Below, piece after piece: positions 27,415 through 43,281 of a DNA stretch of 64,000 bases (positions are counted from its first letter, which is position 1; every line of letters starts with the position of its first letter). This DNA comes from Amoeboaphelidium protococcarum X5. Lineage: Eukaryota > Fungi > Aphelidiomycota. Both the position numbers and the translations under genes were made by a program. The DNA is taken from contig JALDTO010000098.1 in the NCBI GenBank assembly GCA_023515725.1, positions 832,164-896,163 of the forward strand. The letters run 5' to 3'. The notes beneath the pieces were generated by a model, which was given only the letters and a program-made list of their open reading frames with translations, had not been told where the DNA came from and made no database searches.

Positions 27415-28215
27415 TCATGCCATTCTATGCATGTGTTAAATCTTCCACTTAATTTCTTTACGTTCCTAGTCCACTACCCCATAGAACCATAAGTATACGT
27501 CAAATGGTGATAGTTCAAGGTTACCAGCCACCAGATCTCGGCCATTCATGACGCACGCCATTTCGAGGCCTTTCATCCGAACAATCATATTTGCCACCTT
27601 GTAATTCTCCTGCACCTGTGGATTGATCTTCTCGGCTTCAGTGAATCGAAACCATATCATATTTAAGTTACATCCCTACGCCTAGTACTCGTATCTGAAC
27701 TGACTATGCGGCATAAACGAATCCTGTCTATACGACATCTCCTTGAGAATATCTGCACTCAAATCCTCGATCACCAGATCTTTAACAGCCTTCTAGTTTC
27801 CAGCAGCAATAGCCCCCATAAGAAAACGATAATGACTCATGACAGTTTGCGCAATGGGCTTTAATCTCTAATCCTGGCGCACAAACGTAAATATATCCTT
27901 CCATTCCCACGGAGCTGATGGCGTATCCAGCTCTTTATCCATTTTATTCAGCGCCAATCTAAATCTCATTGGTCTATATAAAGTGACGCGTTCAGCAACG
28001 TTATTTAATATTTTCTTCCAAGTAGAAATAAGCTTCTAATCAGCAGGCGTCGGTGGCGACAACTATGCTTTCATCCACGCATATGGAGCCGGTGGAACCA
28101 TTGACTGCAGCGTGTCTTCATAGATCTACTTTGGCACTTCACCTCTCACAGCTTTGCCTTTTCCTGCATACGACATTGCAGTTCTTCTGCACTATCGCAT
28201 ACTTATCATCATCAT
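27415..28215 (-). CDS. Probable mitochondrial Tim44-like domain protein (Mba1/mL45-type)
   Basis: Arg-rich presequence-like N-terminus; 266 aa ORF; C-terminal LVAGN...D...WKI pattern typical of Tim44-like folds (by eye). Confidence 0.5.
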
Positions 28216-28914
28216 AATGCAGGTGATATTCGTTTTCAAATCTCTGATATTTTTAGTCGCGAGATTTTATAAAGTAGATCAGTGAGAGAAATCTGAAAAA
28301 TCGGTTCTCTGATAGTGTTATCAAAGAGATGAAGCATAAAACGTGTAGATAAACACTTTCAATAAGTCGTTGCTTTAGTACTGATTACTAATGATACATA
28401 TAAAGATCTCAAATTTGAATTCGAAATACAAAAAACACATAAAATAAATTAAACATTAGCAGGTTGGCTCCCAGATGTTGCTTGAATGTATTAGGATCTT
28501 CCTTTTGAGTTAGTTTCTTTGAAATATAGTGAGCACCGCATGTAGGTAGTGTATACCAGTTTAGGGATTTCGAGCCATTACGTTGACATTTTTGCCGTGA
28601 GAATCAATGTAACACTGTTTCACAATGTGAGACGCGCAAATAAACAAACAAACAAACTTTTTGGCAATAATAACATCCACTCACATACACACACGCCGTT
28701 TCACATGGTCGCACGCTCTTCCCATTGTTTTGTTTCATCCCCTCACGAGAGACAGCAGACGTCGTCTATCAAATATATATATTGCACACTTGGAGGTACT
28801 TTGTCTGGGCCTGCTGCTTCAATTATATATTTACAAGTAAAGCATCTCTTGTCTGTTTAATTAGTAGATTGAACTCTTCATCATCATCATTTGTCAAGAT
28901 TGAAAATTCTAATT

Positions 28915-30530
28915 ATGAGACATCGAAGTGACAGCAAGCGACCTGCAAATAACACTGTCAGAACAAGACGCTACCAAGAACAAGCCAAAGCAAGGAACTC
29001 CCCTGGATCTGCAAAGGTTTTGAAGTAGACTCTTAATGATGGTGTTAATGATAATTAAGGTTAAATGATGCAGGTATCTAGTCCACAGAAGAACGTTAAG
29101 TAGAAACATGTCAGATAAAAGACTCCTCCTGCAGATGGAGTCCATGGTTTCATGTTCACATCGCCTGCCCGCATTCATAAAAAGTCAAGTTTGGCTGGTG
29201 CCCCATTGTAGTAATCATAGCCAGAATAGAGTAGAGCTTCAAGTCGTAAACTAAATTTTAATACTTAAAAGTAGTCATCAAAGCCGCAGGTGGTACTGAA
29301 AGAGGTTGAAGTGTCTGAAGCTGCAGAATATTCTACGCCAGAAGTTAATATGACAGCAGCTGTCAATGACACAATAGTGGAAGAGACGCAGAAGAATGAT
29401 GAAACAGAGAATAGAGCCCTCTTCTCTCCTTATATAACTCAGCATAAGCACAAGTATTAGACTAGATCTGTAACAAGGAAAATCAGGGTTGATACTAGAC
29501 CAGTGTCCAAGTCTGGTAGTATTATCAGTTTAGATCAGCATGCCTTACATTAACAGGATGGTGACAAGTCTTTCGACCAATCCTATGAAGTGATGTCCAT
29601 CGAAGATAAGGAAAATCCTGCGAACGATCAAGTTCTCAGTATATCCTTCCATGAGCACATTGAGCTGTCCGACTAGCTGGATACCTCTGATCTGGTCGGA
29701 GAAGAAGCGATAGAGTCATTCCTTCTGGTATAGAGCATCAACAGTGATCCGAAGTCTAGCGATCATTTGCCGTTCACATAACATGCTCTACCGCCATTAT
29801 AAGAAGATAAATTGACTCTAGTTCTAGATTTGGATGAGACTCTGGTTCACTGTAGCACGGAAAGATCAAAGTTTTAGTCTTTTGATCACCATTTCACGGT
29901 AGACTTTTAAAACAGGACCTTTGATGTCTTCGCTAAATAGTAAGATTTATTGTTCACATCCGGGTGTTTATAATGGTATCAATCAATTAATGTAGGAGGC
30001 CGTTTGTATTGGATTTTCTCGACCATGTGTCAGAACTGTATGAAGTTGTCATATTCACAGCATCGCAGTAGATTTATGCTGATAAGATCTTGAATTTGCT
30101 GGATAAGAATAAGAAATGGACCAAGTTTAGACTGTTTAGAAATAGTTGTGTGCACATTGATGGGACGTTTATTAAAGATTTGCGTATTCTGGGACGTGAC
30201 TTGAGCAAGGTTATCATAGTGGACAATGCGATAGAGGCTTTCACATTTCAGGTGAATAACGGTGTGCCCATCAAGAGCTGGTTCGATGACGATAATGATA
30301 GAGAATTGGAAAAGTTAAAGCACATGTTGACCAAGATTGCTCAGATTCATTAGCAGTAACTACTTCAGGATCCCCGTAAGCAACTGCAGCAATAACGCCA
30401 CTAGTGCTTCAATGTTACTGATATTTTGAAATAGCAATTTTGCATGGAAGAGAGAATCGCCAAGATTAAAGCTGAGTATGATGAAGAGCCAAGATTTGGA
30501 TTTGGTGATGATAACGATGATGAACTATGA
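28915..30530 (+). CDS. FCP1/NIF-family (CTDSPL2-like) HAD phosphatase; intron 29940-29996
   Basis: KLTLVLDLDETLVHCS, YEVVIFTASQQIYADKIL, RLFRNSC, IKDLRILGRDLSKVIIVDN, NGVPIKSWFDD. Confidence 0.92.
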
Positions 30531-30623
30531 TCAATAGAATTGGTTATACTACTGTTTTGAGATTTATATTAAATTTTGATCACAATTTATACTTTCACAG
30601 GTACAAAGGCGAAAATAACATGT

Positions 30624-32330
<1,707 letters not shown>

Positions 32331-32680
32331 AATTCAAACAGTTATTAGTCCTCTCCCTAACACAAATTAATGTGATGATAATAATTGAGCAAAAAGATGA
32401 TGGTAAATGGGGAATTTCGCGAGATCAATTGTGTGCTCAGGGGATCAGTAAAATGCGTATTTTGTCCATTGAAAGCATCACGGTTTTTGGGTTAGTAAAA
32501 GAAAATTGAATATTAATCTTGAACGCTTTACAAGTAATTTATTAGTGTAGAAGTATGTGAGTTTTGGGTTGGTTTTGGTTATTAATCAAACCTCATCAGT
32601 GGTACCGTAACGGAACGTTCATCTTTTCGAATCTATCATGAAACGCTCATCGCCAAAAGCGGAACAAAATAAGATTAGCA

Positions 32681-33493
32681 ATGTCAGACTTGGTGGCGAA
32701 TTACCATTCAGTTAAGACCAGAATAGCAGCGGCTTGTTAGAAAAGTAATAGAAATGTGGCAGATGTTCAACTCGTAGCTGTAAGTAAGAGAAAGCCCGTG
32801 TCAGATATTCTACAATTGTACCACGCAGGCCACCGTGATTTTGGAGAGAACTACGTTTAGGAGCTGATCGAAAAGGCATAAGAGGTAAGTAGTTTCATAT
32901 TTAACGCGTTGTGACGTTAAATTACCAAAGGTTTATGAGTATTGTAGTGCCCGAAGGATATAAGATGGCATTTTATTGGCTCATTATAATCGAACAAGGC
33001 GAAAATGCTGTGCAAGATTCCGAACCTGTTCGCAGTTGAAAGCGTTGACTCGATCAAAATTGCTGATGCCCTCAATAAAGCTATGGCTAAAGAACGTGAT
33101 AGTGACGAGGTACAGCGCGAACCATTGCAAGTATATATACAAGTGAATACTAGTGGCGAAGAAAGTAAAGGAGGTGTGGAGCCATCGTAATTACTCGAGG
33201 TCGCCACTCATATCATTAAAGATTGTCCATAATTGATCTTGTGCGGTCTTATGACCATTGGCTCTCGAGAACATTCGCTTGCTGATGGAACTCTAAATCC
33301 TGACTTTAAGTGTTTATTAAAGTGTAAGCATGATCTTCAATAGGCTCTGTAAATGCAAGAAAATGTCCCTAATTTGCGTCAACCTTAATAACTACAACTC
33401 AGTATGGGAATGTCTTCCGACTATGAGCATGCTATTGAAATGCAAAGTAATCAGGTCCGCGTGGGATCCACTATATTTGGCGCTAGATAATGA
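32681..33493 (+). CDS. PLPBP: PLP homeostasis protein (YggS/PROSC); intron 32885-32947
   Basis: [69 protein letters not shown]. Confidence 0.95.
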
Positions 33494-33594
33494 ACCCAGA
33501 ATCTATATAAGACTAATCCTAATTCATAAGAATATAACCATTATAAGATAAAGAGATGCTAAATGATCCATCAATAGTATAAATCAGAACATTT

Positions 33595-35004
33595 TCATTT
33601 AAATCCTTTGAAATACTACTCTCTAAATGTGGCGTGTGATGGCTGTTGAGAGCCAACTATAATCCGTTGTGGGTCTGTACAAGGAACCACCTTCTCCAGT
33701 ATGATCAATTGCCTTTACCATTTTCCAAATTTCTATAGCGTTTATCCGCCATGTAGCAGTCGCATACACTCATGCACCGGAATATCATCAGTGGTAAAGT
33801 CGTCTGTCGTGGGCAACCAATAGACCAATCGCCCTCCAACTTTTAACGTGACGGCCGCAAACTATGTCAAATCCACGTATAATTACTCCATACTGTACTG
33901 CGATAGATCTTCCTTCTTGAGGCGCAAATGCTTATAAGAAGCTAAACTTGTTGGATCACTGCATTAATCTGATTAAATACTATTCGACTGATTATAAGTC
34001 TTGGCGCCTTCTCGAATTCCGTACGGAGGATCAGTGACAATCTAATCAAAAATCTCAGTCTGCTGCACAGTGGGCTTCATCATGTCATTTGTAAATAGAC
34101 CAATAAGCTTATGACTAAGACCGTACTGCGCAAAAACATCATATATACCGCCATTACTGATGGAGGCAGTACTCTGTTCATACTACTACTACCACTCTGC
34201 AATAATTTTGGATCGCTTCTATCGCATCCACTTGGTCCAACCGATAAGCACTTCCATGTCCAGATCGCTGCCCATTGCAAACGCGCCCATCTAAGCGCAA
34301 CATACCAGAACTGATCCAGTGCCACAGAACGGATCATATACCATGGACCCAGATCGACATTTCCCAATATTAGCCATAATAAGTGACAACTCAGCGTCCA
34401 TACTTGTAGTGGCAATATATCGCCGCTACTTAAGAGAGAACTAATTAGCCAGGTGTCGCACACCTTCACACAAATGTCTGGCGAAATACGCCCGCTGAAT
34501 CTATTTGGCATCACCATCCCCTTTACAATAGTCTCCAATCACTGCCAGTACAACATCAGGATTGACAGTGTTAACTGATCCACCAATATCAGTAAAGTAG
34601 AATTAGTTTATGATTTCTATTTTATCAGCCAGCGAAAGGTTCTTGTTCATTGTATAAACAATAAACTTCCAGCCAAAATCACATGGCATTATATCATTAA
34701 TTTCATGTTATGCATAAGTGATAATCTTTTGCCGCGACTCAGATCCCTCTTTAATCAGCGCTTCCAGAGTATCAGCTTCAGCCACGTATTAAAACATATT
34801 CTTAATCAGCACACATCTTCCAGCAACCTGGCGAGCAATATCAGCAGAGGGAAACCGCGCATAAAATAGTGTGCTCTCAGTACGCGTCTATCTCACTTTA
34901 TAATCATTAAATTCTCGGTCTTTATCAAATATCGCAATCACTCCTTGCAATTCAGCCAGCCATAAAGTGTGATGGAAATCGGCAAATTATATCAAGCAGT
35001 CCAT
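33595..35004 (-). CDS. TRM11: tRNA (guanine10-N2)-methyltransferase
   Basis: IATTSMDAELSLIMAN, YDPFCGTGS, GSDLD, IVTDPPYGIRE, GGRLVYWLP, C-terminal FREQYF. Confidence 0.92.
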
Positions 35005-35355
35005 CTTTATTTATTTAATTACAATTAAAACTTTTGATGGACGACTCGCGATGAATGTAACTCTGCAACACTAGAATTTTGCTGATTGAAAAAAGCTTAA
35101 ACTTACTCCCGCCCTTCCTTGCCATGCAAAGCAATCACTGCGCCCGTTCTTCAATCCTCCCAACAATATTCTCTTGGAACTGCCCTTGTCGTCTCTTTCT
35201 CTTCCTTTAGAACGGTCTTTACTCATCAATACAGTAGGCGATTCATTAAATCGGATTATTGTTCAAAGTTGAATTTTTTATTAGTTGTCCTTTATATTTA
35301 AAGCTGTGAACCGTCTAAAGAAAGCACCAATTTGTTAAAAATTAGAATTTGAGGA

Positions 35356-36468
35356 ATGAATGTAACTGCTGTGAATACTTAGAATGACATTGAAGTTGTG
35401 AGTCCACCGGGTGATGGCATATCGTCCATTTCTTTTAGTCCAGTGGCAGAGTATATGTGTGTCACTTCATGGGATAACACTGCTAGATTCTGGGAAATAT
35501 CTCCGAATGGATAGACTAATCCAAAGTTATAAATTACTCATGAGGCTCCTCTTTTATGTTCCGCATTCTCGAGCGATGGAAGTAAAGTGTTTGTGGGTGG
35601 AGCCAGTCCTCAGTAAGCGTAGACTGGCGCTGTTGGTGGCTTTGGCCTATAATAACCTGCTGCACAGGCGTCTTCTGGCTTTAATAGTGGTGGTGGTAAG
35701 TTGGTGGATCTTGCCACCGGATAGAGTATTCCCTTTGCCACACAACACACTGCTCCGATCAAGAGTTGCGCATTTGCCACCGTGTCCAATATGTAGAATG
35801 TGCTAATCACCGGCTCTTGGGACAAGACTGTTAAATTCTTTGATATAAGACAACCTGGTAATCAGCCTCTGCTCTCCCTTAATATGCCAGAGCGAGTGTT
35901 CTGCATGGACGTTGCTGGACAGTTGATGACTGTGGCCACGGCTGAGCGACATGTGCTTATGTATAATCTAGGTAATCCTAATACAGTTTACAAGTAGTAG
36001 ACTAGTCCGCTTAAATTCTAGACCAAGTCGATCGCTAATTTCACGACAAACAATAGTAATGGCTATGCTCTTGGAAGTGTGGAAGGTAGAGTTGCTATTC
36101 AGTATATCGAGGACAAGGATGTGGGCAGAAACTTTACTTTCAAGTGTCATAGATCTGGAAATGATGTGTACTCTGTTAATGCCATTTCATTTCACCCTGT
36201 ACATGGAACATTCACTACTGCTGGTGCTGATGGAGTGATCACATTCTGGGACAAAGACGTTAAGTAGAGGATCAAGCCGTTCCCTAATCTATAGAGTCCA
36301 GTTGCATGCACACAATTCAATAGGAATGGTACTATATTTGCATATGCACTATCCTATGACTGGTCTAAAGGCCATGAGCATTATAAACCGAATGAACAGC
36401 GAAATAGAATACTTTTACACGCCACTCAAGATGATGAAGTTAAACCAAAGTCTGGCGTAAAGAAATGA
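35356..36468 (+). CDS. RAE1: mRNA export factor Rae1/Gle2 (WD40)
   Basis: [69 protein letters not shown]. Confidence 0.95.
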
Positions 36469-36649
36469 TCAAGTATTACATATAGCGCGTCGAAATAGAT
36501 TAATTTGCTCATCTTGATATTTTAAAATTTTTTAAAGGGTCTTTTGATTATAGCTTTAAGATGTTTGATCTTTCAGCCAGGCTTTACACTAACTTGGAAG
36601 TTAAAGCGACGAGAACTATTTTTCTTTAAAGGAGCACTTTACTCGAGCT

Positions 36650-37372
36650 ATGACACTCAAGACACCCTCAATCCATTACGAAATGTTAAGTTCCTAAGTG
36701 GCCCAGAACCAAGGTCCTTAAGTATAAACCAATTAACATTAAAATAAAGATATACCTCAATATGTTCAATAGTTGGAGTAGCTTTTGGTTGAAAAGCAGA
36801 ATCAGATTGAATAATTACAGAAGGAGATTGTTTAGTTGAAACTTGGTTAATAACAACCTGTTGCTGGTAACAACAATTCAGGTGTCTAGTCTGATCAAGT
36901 CATAATCCCTAATAGAAATTAAAGTCTTTAGAGCGGAGATGATGTCGATAATCCGTAGTAAAAATAAAAAGATTTTGAAGGTCACATCAGTAGAGTAAGT
37001 CAGTTGACTGAACAAATTCTGGGCCTCCTCAGGTAGAGAAATGCTGGCCATCCTCAGCCTGTACCAGATGACCTCTGCAGTCGTGATAAAGAAACGAAAC
37101 GTGAATTACAACTTAAATAAAACACGAAAGATGAAGACGTACAGGTAGAAGAATAAGGCGATAATTAGTAGTGTAAGTCTGATGGCAATGAAGAGAATTA
37201 GAAAGAGGAGGCGGATGATGAAGAAATTGAAACAGAAACGCCTCAACGAAACGATTCGCTCAAAAAGGAAATTTAAGTTGATCCGCCAGAAACTATTGAA
37301 GCGCCTGCCAAAGATCATAACGGCGACAAATCATGGAAAGATGAAGTATTACAACTGCTGGATAAATGGTGA
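36650..37372 (+). CDS. Hypothetical Gln/Glu-rich coiled-coil protein, 240 aa
   Basis: ATG-to-TGA ORF under TAR=Gln filling the intergenic gap; heptad pattern YVQQLEQLLVEKQNQIEQLQKEIVQLK. Confidence 0.6.
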
Positions 37373-37440
37373 TAATGAAGATGATGATGTAGTCTATATG
37401 ATTTACATTAAACGATAATGTAATCAATCTCACTTCTCTA

Positions 37441-38808
37441 TCATTCATTCAATCTTTTCCTATCGGTCGGCGGCGACGATTACCAGTCTTTACTCAAAAT
37501 CTCCAATTCTAGTCGGGAGCAGATTTCCCAGCCTATTCGTGAATATTTATTACAGATTCGATTGACTAGAGCATCCGCGTCACTAAACATTTCATGCGGG
37601 AGATGTAGAACAAAAGGGATAAGTTCCTGAGAGGATGGACACTTTCGAAGGAGATGTGACTGACACGTATCCATGATTGCTAAACTAGTTCTAAAAATCA
37701 CCTTAGTACCTTCATTCAACAATATATCCCAGATGCGTAGAACCACCTGCCATGGTAATGCCATTGTAAATAGGGTCATAAACCAGTTGGTGCAATAGAT
37801 CAAAGGGTCGACATCATTTCGCTAAAGGTGCTTATATAATTTAGGAAGATTCTGCTAGAGTAGCCTATCATACACCTGTGCATGTACTTTAATTCGCTTC
37901 AGATCAGTGTTATAATAGTCTCTGCACACACCTTGATCTATGAGAGCCACCAGACACCAGAATGCATCTTCAGCAGGCATCTGCATCAAGAACATGCCAA
38001 CTACACGGCCCATGCCTTGGCAATAGCCCACCTTCTAGTTGAGGATAGAGTACGCCTTCAAAATTAGTGTGAGATCAGTCAGAGTCGGAGTGGTGGCATT
38101 AGAGCTAGAGGATGTGAAGAGATAGTGGTCCGGATATGACCGCCTAATATCGCGCATAATTACTTCAAACAATTAAGATTGAGCATCTGAGGGATGATCG
38201 CACAGTTAGATTAGATGCTAATACAAATTATTGTCAGATTAAGTGAGTAGTGGATCTGTGGCCCTCCATTTTTAAGTCTAAAACTCTTTCACTGTATCAT
38301 TATTGAGTAAAAGTTGCCATACTCTACCGCGGACACTGACAGGAATTCCCATTCTACATAATGCTTTCACCTGATTCCTTCGCTATTATATCTCTCTATA
38401 GAAATCAAAGTTAGCAATAACATCAACCCATTTAAGTTCCAATTTAACGTAATCATCTATAGATCGCACCCGCCTGGTAGTTAGAGTCCACACTGAGGCC
38501 TGAAGAGAATTTTACAGTGCCTCGGAGCTTTTCCGCTATTACTACTACGACTAAGATTTACTGATATAGAATCCAAATGCGTCAACCTCTCCAGGTGGGA
38601 TGTCTTCCAGTCTCGGCTACTCGACAATCACCTCAGGCTCAACTGTATTAGGACTAGTGACAACTTGAAATTGTTCAGAGTCTGAGGTTTTAGCTGATGT
38701 TTCCATTGGTACCGATTTAGCATTCTACAACTATTCTTATTGTATAGCACTTACTACAATGACAACGGCGTCTCCTTTAACTTCTTCTATTTTAACTCCA
38801 GTGTCCAT
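37441..38808 (-). CDS. TBC-domain Rab GTPase-activating protein
   Basis: DAFGF, GIPVSVRGRVWQLL, IMRDIRRSYP (Arg finger), VGYCQGM (Gln finger), EDAFW, YCTNWFMTLF, LRIWD. Confidence 0.92.
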
Positions 38809-39225
38809 ACTCAAATCTATTGTAATTATTTAAGATAGAAGGAAATATTAAATAGTTTAATGTGATCAAATAGAATCAAGACAAGATTAAAGTGTGAGAC
38901 AATCTTGGCAAAGAACAGAGCTCAGCTGCAGCGAAAGAGCGAAAACGAGGCGATCTACGAGAGAAAGGCAAGATCACTAAAGCGAATGAGATAAGCGGAC
39001 CACTCGATCAAAGTAGAGCAAATGATGTAGAAGGACGTTCATTGGATGCTGGAAAGAATTGAATGTCCAATGGGCGTAAAATATCGATATAAGACGCGAT
39101 TAATCAAGACTGACTCAAGTCAACTTTCCATATGAGATACCACTTGAAATAAAAACATCCATTAAATGCAAATAAACACCAAGTATATATTCGCTCAAAT
39201 TTATTATAGTATAATAATTCAACAA

Positions 39226-39450
<225 letters not shown>

Positions 39451-39831
39451 TTTGAATCTATATATTCTTTCAACGTTAACGTCTCTAGTACTAATAAATA
39501 AATTGCTGAATGACTAAACTTAACTCGGACGTAACACGGTACGAAAAGATTTCGCTAAGGCTTCGGTTAGAAAGTGTGTTGTCCCGATCTTTGTCCGTGT
39601 CGTGTGAATGAAAGGGTAAGCTAAGGAGAGCGGACTTCAAGCTTACCAGAGACTACACAGAGTGAGTGAGTGAGAGAGTGCAAGAAAGTGAAAAGAGATC
39701 AAAAGTACCAGGGGCGATTTTAACACTTTTCGCGTTGTATATCACAGAATTTTCTTCTTCTGATATACTAATCTGTTTAATATTTACAGCAAGTAGCACT
39801 AATTTCTAGATAATATCATACAAGTAATAAA

Positions 39832-41088
39832 ATGTCTCTGTTTTGGAGTTTGAGAGTTGAGCCTGGTAAAGAGTACTCGCAGACGGTGGAGCACACCTTC
39901 CGTCTCACTAATGTGTGCATTGATTTTGACGCGTCCAAGACTAAGCCTGCTGGTAAGAATGTCCGCACCGTGTTGAAGGTGAAGACCTCTCCGTCTTTTG
40001 AGGATCTGGAGAATGATACTGAACACACTTCCGAGTTCATGACCGTGTGTAATCTGACCGAGTAGAAGGATCAGGTATCGCTGGAGTTGGCGTTTGGATC
40101 TGGCGAAGACGTGACATTCATGGTGCCTGCTGGTGGATACACTCTGTGCTTGTCTGGTAATTACATTCCTGAAGAGGATCAATATTCCGATGATGAAGAG
40201 GATGGCGATCAAGAGGAGTATGACGAAGATGCAGAGCTGTACGGCGATGAGGATATCTCTGATGAGGAGATTGATTCCGATGTCGTTGACGATGAAGATA
40301 TTGAAAAGTACATGTCCATGGTCCGCAATGGATCTGATTTATCTGATGATGATGAACTGCTGGAAGGTAGCGATCTGGACGATATGAGTGAGTCTGAAGA
40401 TGAGCTTGAGAGCGGTATCGTCAAGCCAAAGATTGTTGAAGTGAAGGAAGAGCCTAAGGCAGTTAAAGACAAGGTGGTAAAGGTTGAGTCCAAGAAGCCT
40501 GCTGCTGCTGCTGATAAGAAATCTGTCAAGGCAGATTCAGCTAAATCTTCACCTGCACCTGCTGTAGAGAAAAAGCAGCCTGAGGCAAAGAAAGAGGCAC
40601 CTGCTGCTGCTGCTAAATAGCAATAGTAGAGCAAGAAGCGCCAGAATGAGGAAGCTGCATCTCCTGCACAGTCCTCCGCTGCATCATCTCCTCAAGAGGC
40701 AAAGAAGTAAAAGTCTGAGTAGAAGTAGTAGCAGCGTTAGACTCTTCCTGGTGGCCTCGTTGTGGTTGATCAGAAAGTTGGTAATGGTGAGGTGGCAAAG
40801 GCTGGCAAGCGCGTCCAGATGCGTTATATCGGAAAGTTTGCACCTAATCATCCAACCAAGGCTGGTAAGCAGTTTGACGCCAACACTTCTGGCAAGCCGT
40901 TCTCCTTTGTACTCGGTCGCGGTGAGGTAATCTAGGGATGGGATCAAGGTATTGTGGGCATGAAGGTTGGTGGCCAGAGAAAGCTGGAGATTCCATCCAA
41001 GTTGGCTTACGGTAAGAAGGGTGCCGGCAAAGATATTCCACCTAACTCTGATCTGGTGTTCGAAGTTAAGCTGCTTAATGTGAAGTGA
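39832..41088 (+). CDS. FPR4: Nucleoplasmin-like/FKBP peptidyl-prolyl isomerase (Fpr3/Fpr4 type)
   Basis: N-terminal nucleoplasmin-like domain (FWSLRVEPG...LSGNY), acidic and Lys/Ala tracts, FKBP domain [42 protein letters not shown]. Confidence 0.9.
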
Positions 41089-41350
41089 TTCTTATAGGAA
41101 CCAATTTGAAATAAATTTCTAGAATATTCATACCGTCTTTTGTTTTTGTTCTGCTATAGTTTTATAGCCTCTGAGTAAGTCTTTAATCCAGTTTAACTTT
41201 CAATTGTAAGAGCGCTACCTCCAACCACCATCTGTGTGGATATGCTTATATTGTTAATATATTTAGTTAAATGAGTCAATAAGTTAAAAACGCGGTAAAA
41301 AGAGAGTAACATTCTTAGTATAGGGACAGTTTTTAGAACAACGATAATAA

Positions 41351-42999
41351 TCATTCCCTGGTTCTTTGACGAGGAGCAGCGCGGATAATATCATCGACAC
41401 GGAGGATCATTTCAGCAGCCTCACTAGCACTCAGCAACACCTGTCTTTTTAATTTGAAGCTCTCAGTCACTCCAATCTCGCGCATATCAGCAACCTTGGC
41501 ATTGTACAAATCCAGACCGCTCGTATTCTTACCATCATAGTGAGCTGCACGAAGCTAAGACACCAAATCACTACTATCGTATCCAGCATTATCAGACAGG
41601 ATAGTAGGCAATTGACGCAGTGCACGAGAGAAGGCCTCTACAGCCAGTGCCTTCTTACCCGGTGTCTTGGCAGCTAGTTCATCCACAGCCTTGGACATGA
41701 GCATCTCTGAACATCCACCACCCAGAACAGTGGCAGTTTCCTTCACAGTCTACGAAAGGACACACAGAGCATCATGTAGGGAGCGTTCTGCTTCATCAAG
41801 TAACTGATTAGTGGCTCCGCGCAACACCACAGTACATGCCTCACCAGCCTTGACACCAGAGAACTTGATCATCTTCTCCTCTCCAACCATAACTTCTTCA
41901 ATTAGAGCACATTCTCCCAACTTGACCAACTCCGGATGATCAAATGTAGATGTAATCTCACCACCGCTCACCAGTGCCAATCTCTCCACTCCATCGAAAT
42001 CAGCGTGTTCAATAGCCATTATACCAGCATCTGCCAATAACTGCTCAGGATAATTATAGATCAACTGTCTGTTGACAAAACAATTGATACCATGCTTCTT
42101 GATTCTCTCCACCTTCTCCTTCATCTTTTCACGTTCAGCACGCTCCAAATCCGCCAACTTGGCAGTAGAATCCACCTTGACACGAGCACCAAAAATCTTG
42201 ATCTTGTCAGTGTCCATAGGGGTGTTGGCCACCAGGATCTTGGCATTCTTGATCATCTTTGGAGAGTTGGTGGATATCTTCTTATTCAGAATGAAGCCCT
42301 CATCCAGGAACGAGTCAGATAATCTTCCACCCACCTTCTTAATGATCTGAATATGCTCCAAGCTAGTGGATCCCTTCAGGCGCAGCACTGCATCAACCGC
42401 CAGTTTAGCAAAGAACTCCTTATCCTGAGACAGTACTTTAGAACTCAGCGTGGTTCTGGCAATGTTCAACAAGTCGGTCCTGAACGCGTCCGGATTCTTA
42501 GAGTTGTCAACAGCTGAGCTCTACAATGCCTGGAATGCAGCCTAACTAGCCAGTCTGTATCCTTCCACAATAACTTGAGGATGAACGCGCTGATTAATCA
42601 ACTTTTCAGCTTCTTTCAGCAGCTCAGATGCCAGAACAGTGACACTGGTTGTACCATCACCCACTTCATCGTCCTGCACCTTGGAGATGTTGACTAGGAC
42701 TTTCGCTGCTGCATTGTCCAGATAAATTGACTTCAAGATTGTTGCACCATCATTAGTAACCATAATCTCGCCCTTGCTAGATTAAATAATCTTGTCCATA
42801 CCCTTGGGACCGAGCGTGCTCTTCACCAAATCACCAACTGCAATGGCGCCCACAAACATGGCCAGACGCGCATTCTCAGCCTTCTCCTCACCCGCTCCAT
42901 CAGCGAAAACTTGCACTGGTGCTAAACTCTACACGCTTGCTTTGATAATCGTTAAATGCATTGCTCTAACACAAACCGTTATATAGATTGACTTACCAT
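41351..42999 (-). CDS. CCT2: T-complex protein 1 subunit beta; intron directly after ATG
   Basis: [67 protein letters not shown]. Confidence 0.97.
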
Positions 43000-43281
43000 T
43001 GCTCAGCGCGATGTTTTTACAATGTTAATAGTAACAAAGAATTAGAGAGCGATTGGAACTGATGAAGAATTGAACTAAACGGTCGCTGAACGGAGAGGCG
43101 GCGATCGGGAAAGAAAAAAACCACAAAGGGGAACCGAGAGAGCTCTAAGTGAGACTTACAGCGCAACGAGCGAAATCTAATATAATCCAGCCTACTTGAT
43201 TATTTCAACTTGCCTTAAAATAAAGATAAATGTGTATTTCGATAGTGAGTAAAGAATATTCACAATTTCAATAGATAGAAT

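Noticed and set aside
40209-40947. Ser-rich antisense ORFs
   Set aside because: Shadow ORFs of the acidic/Lys-rich FKBP gene.
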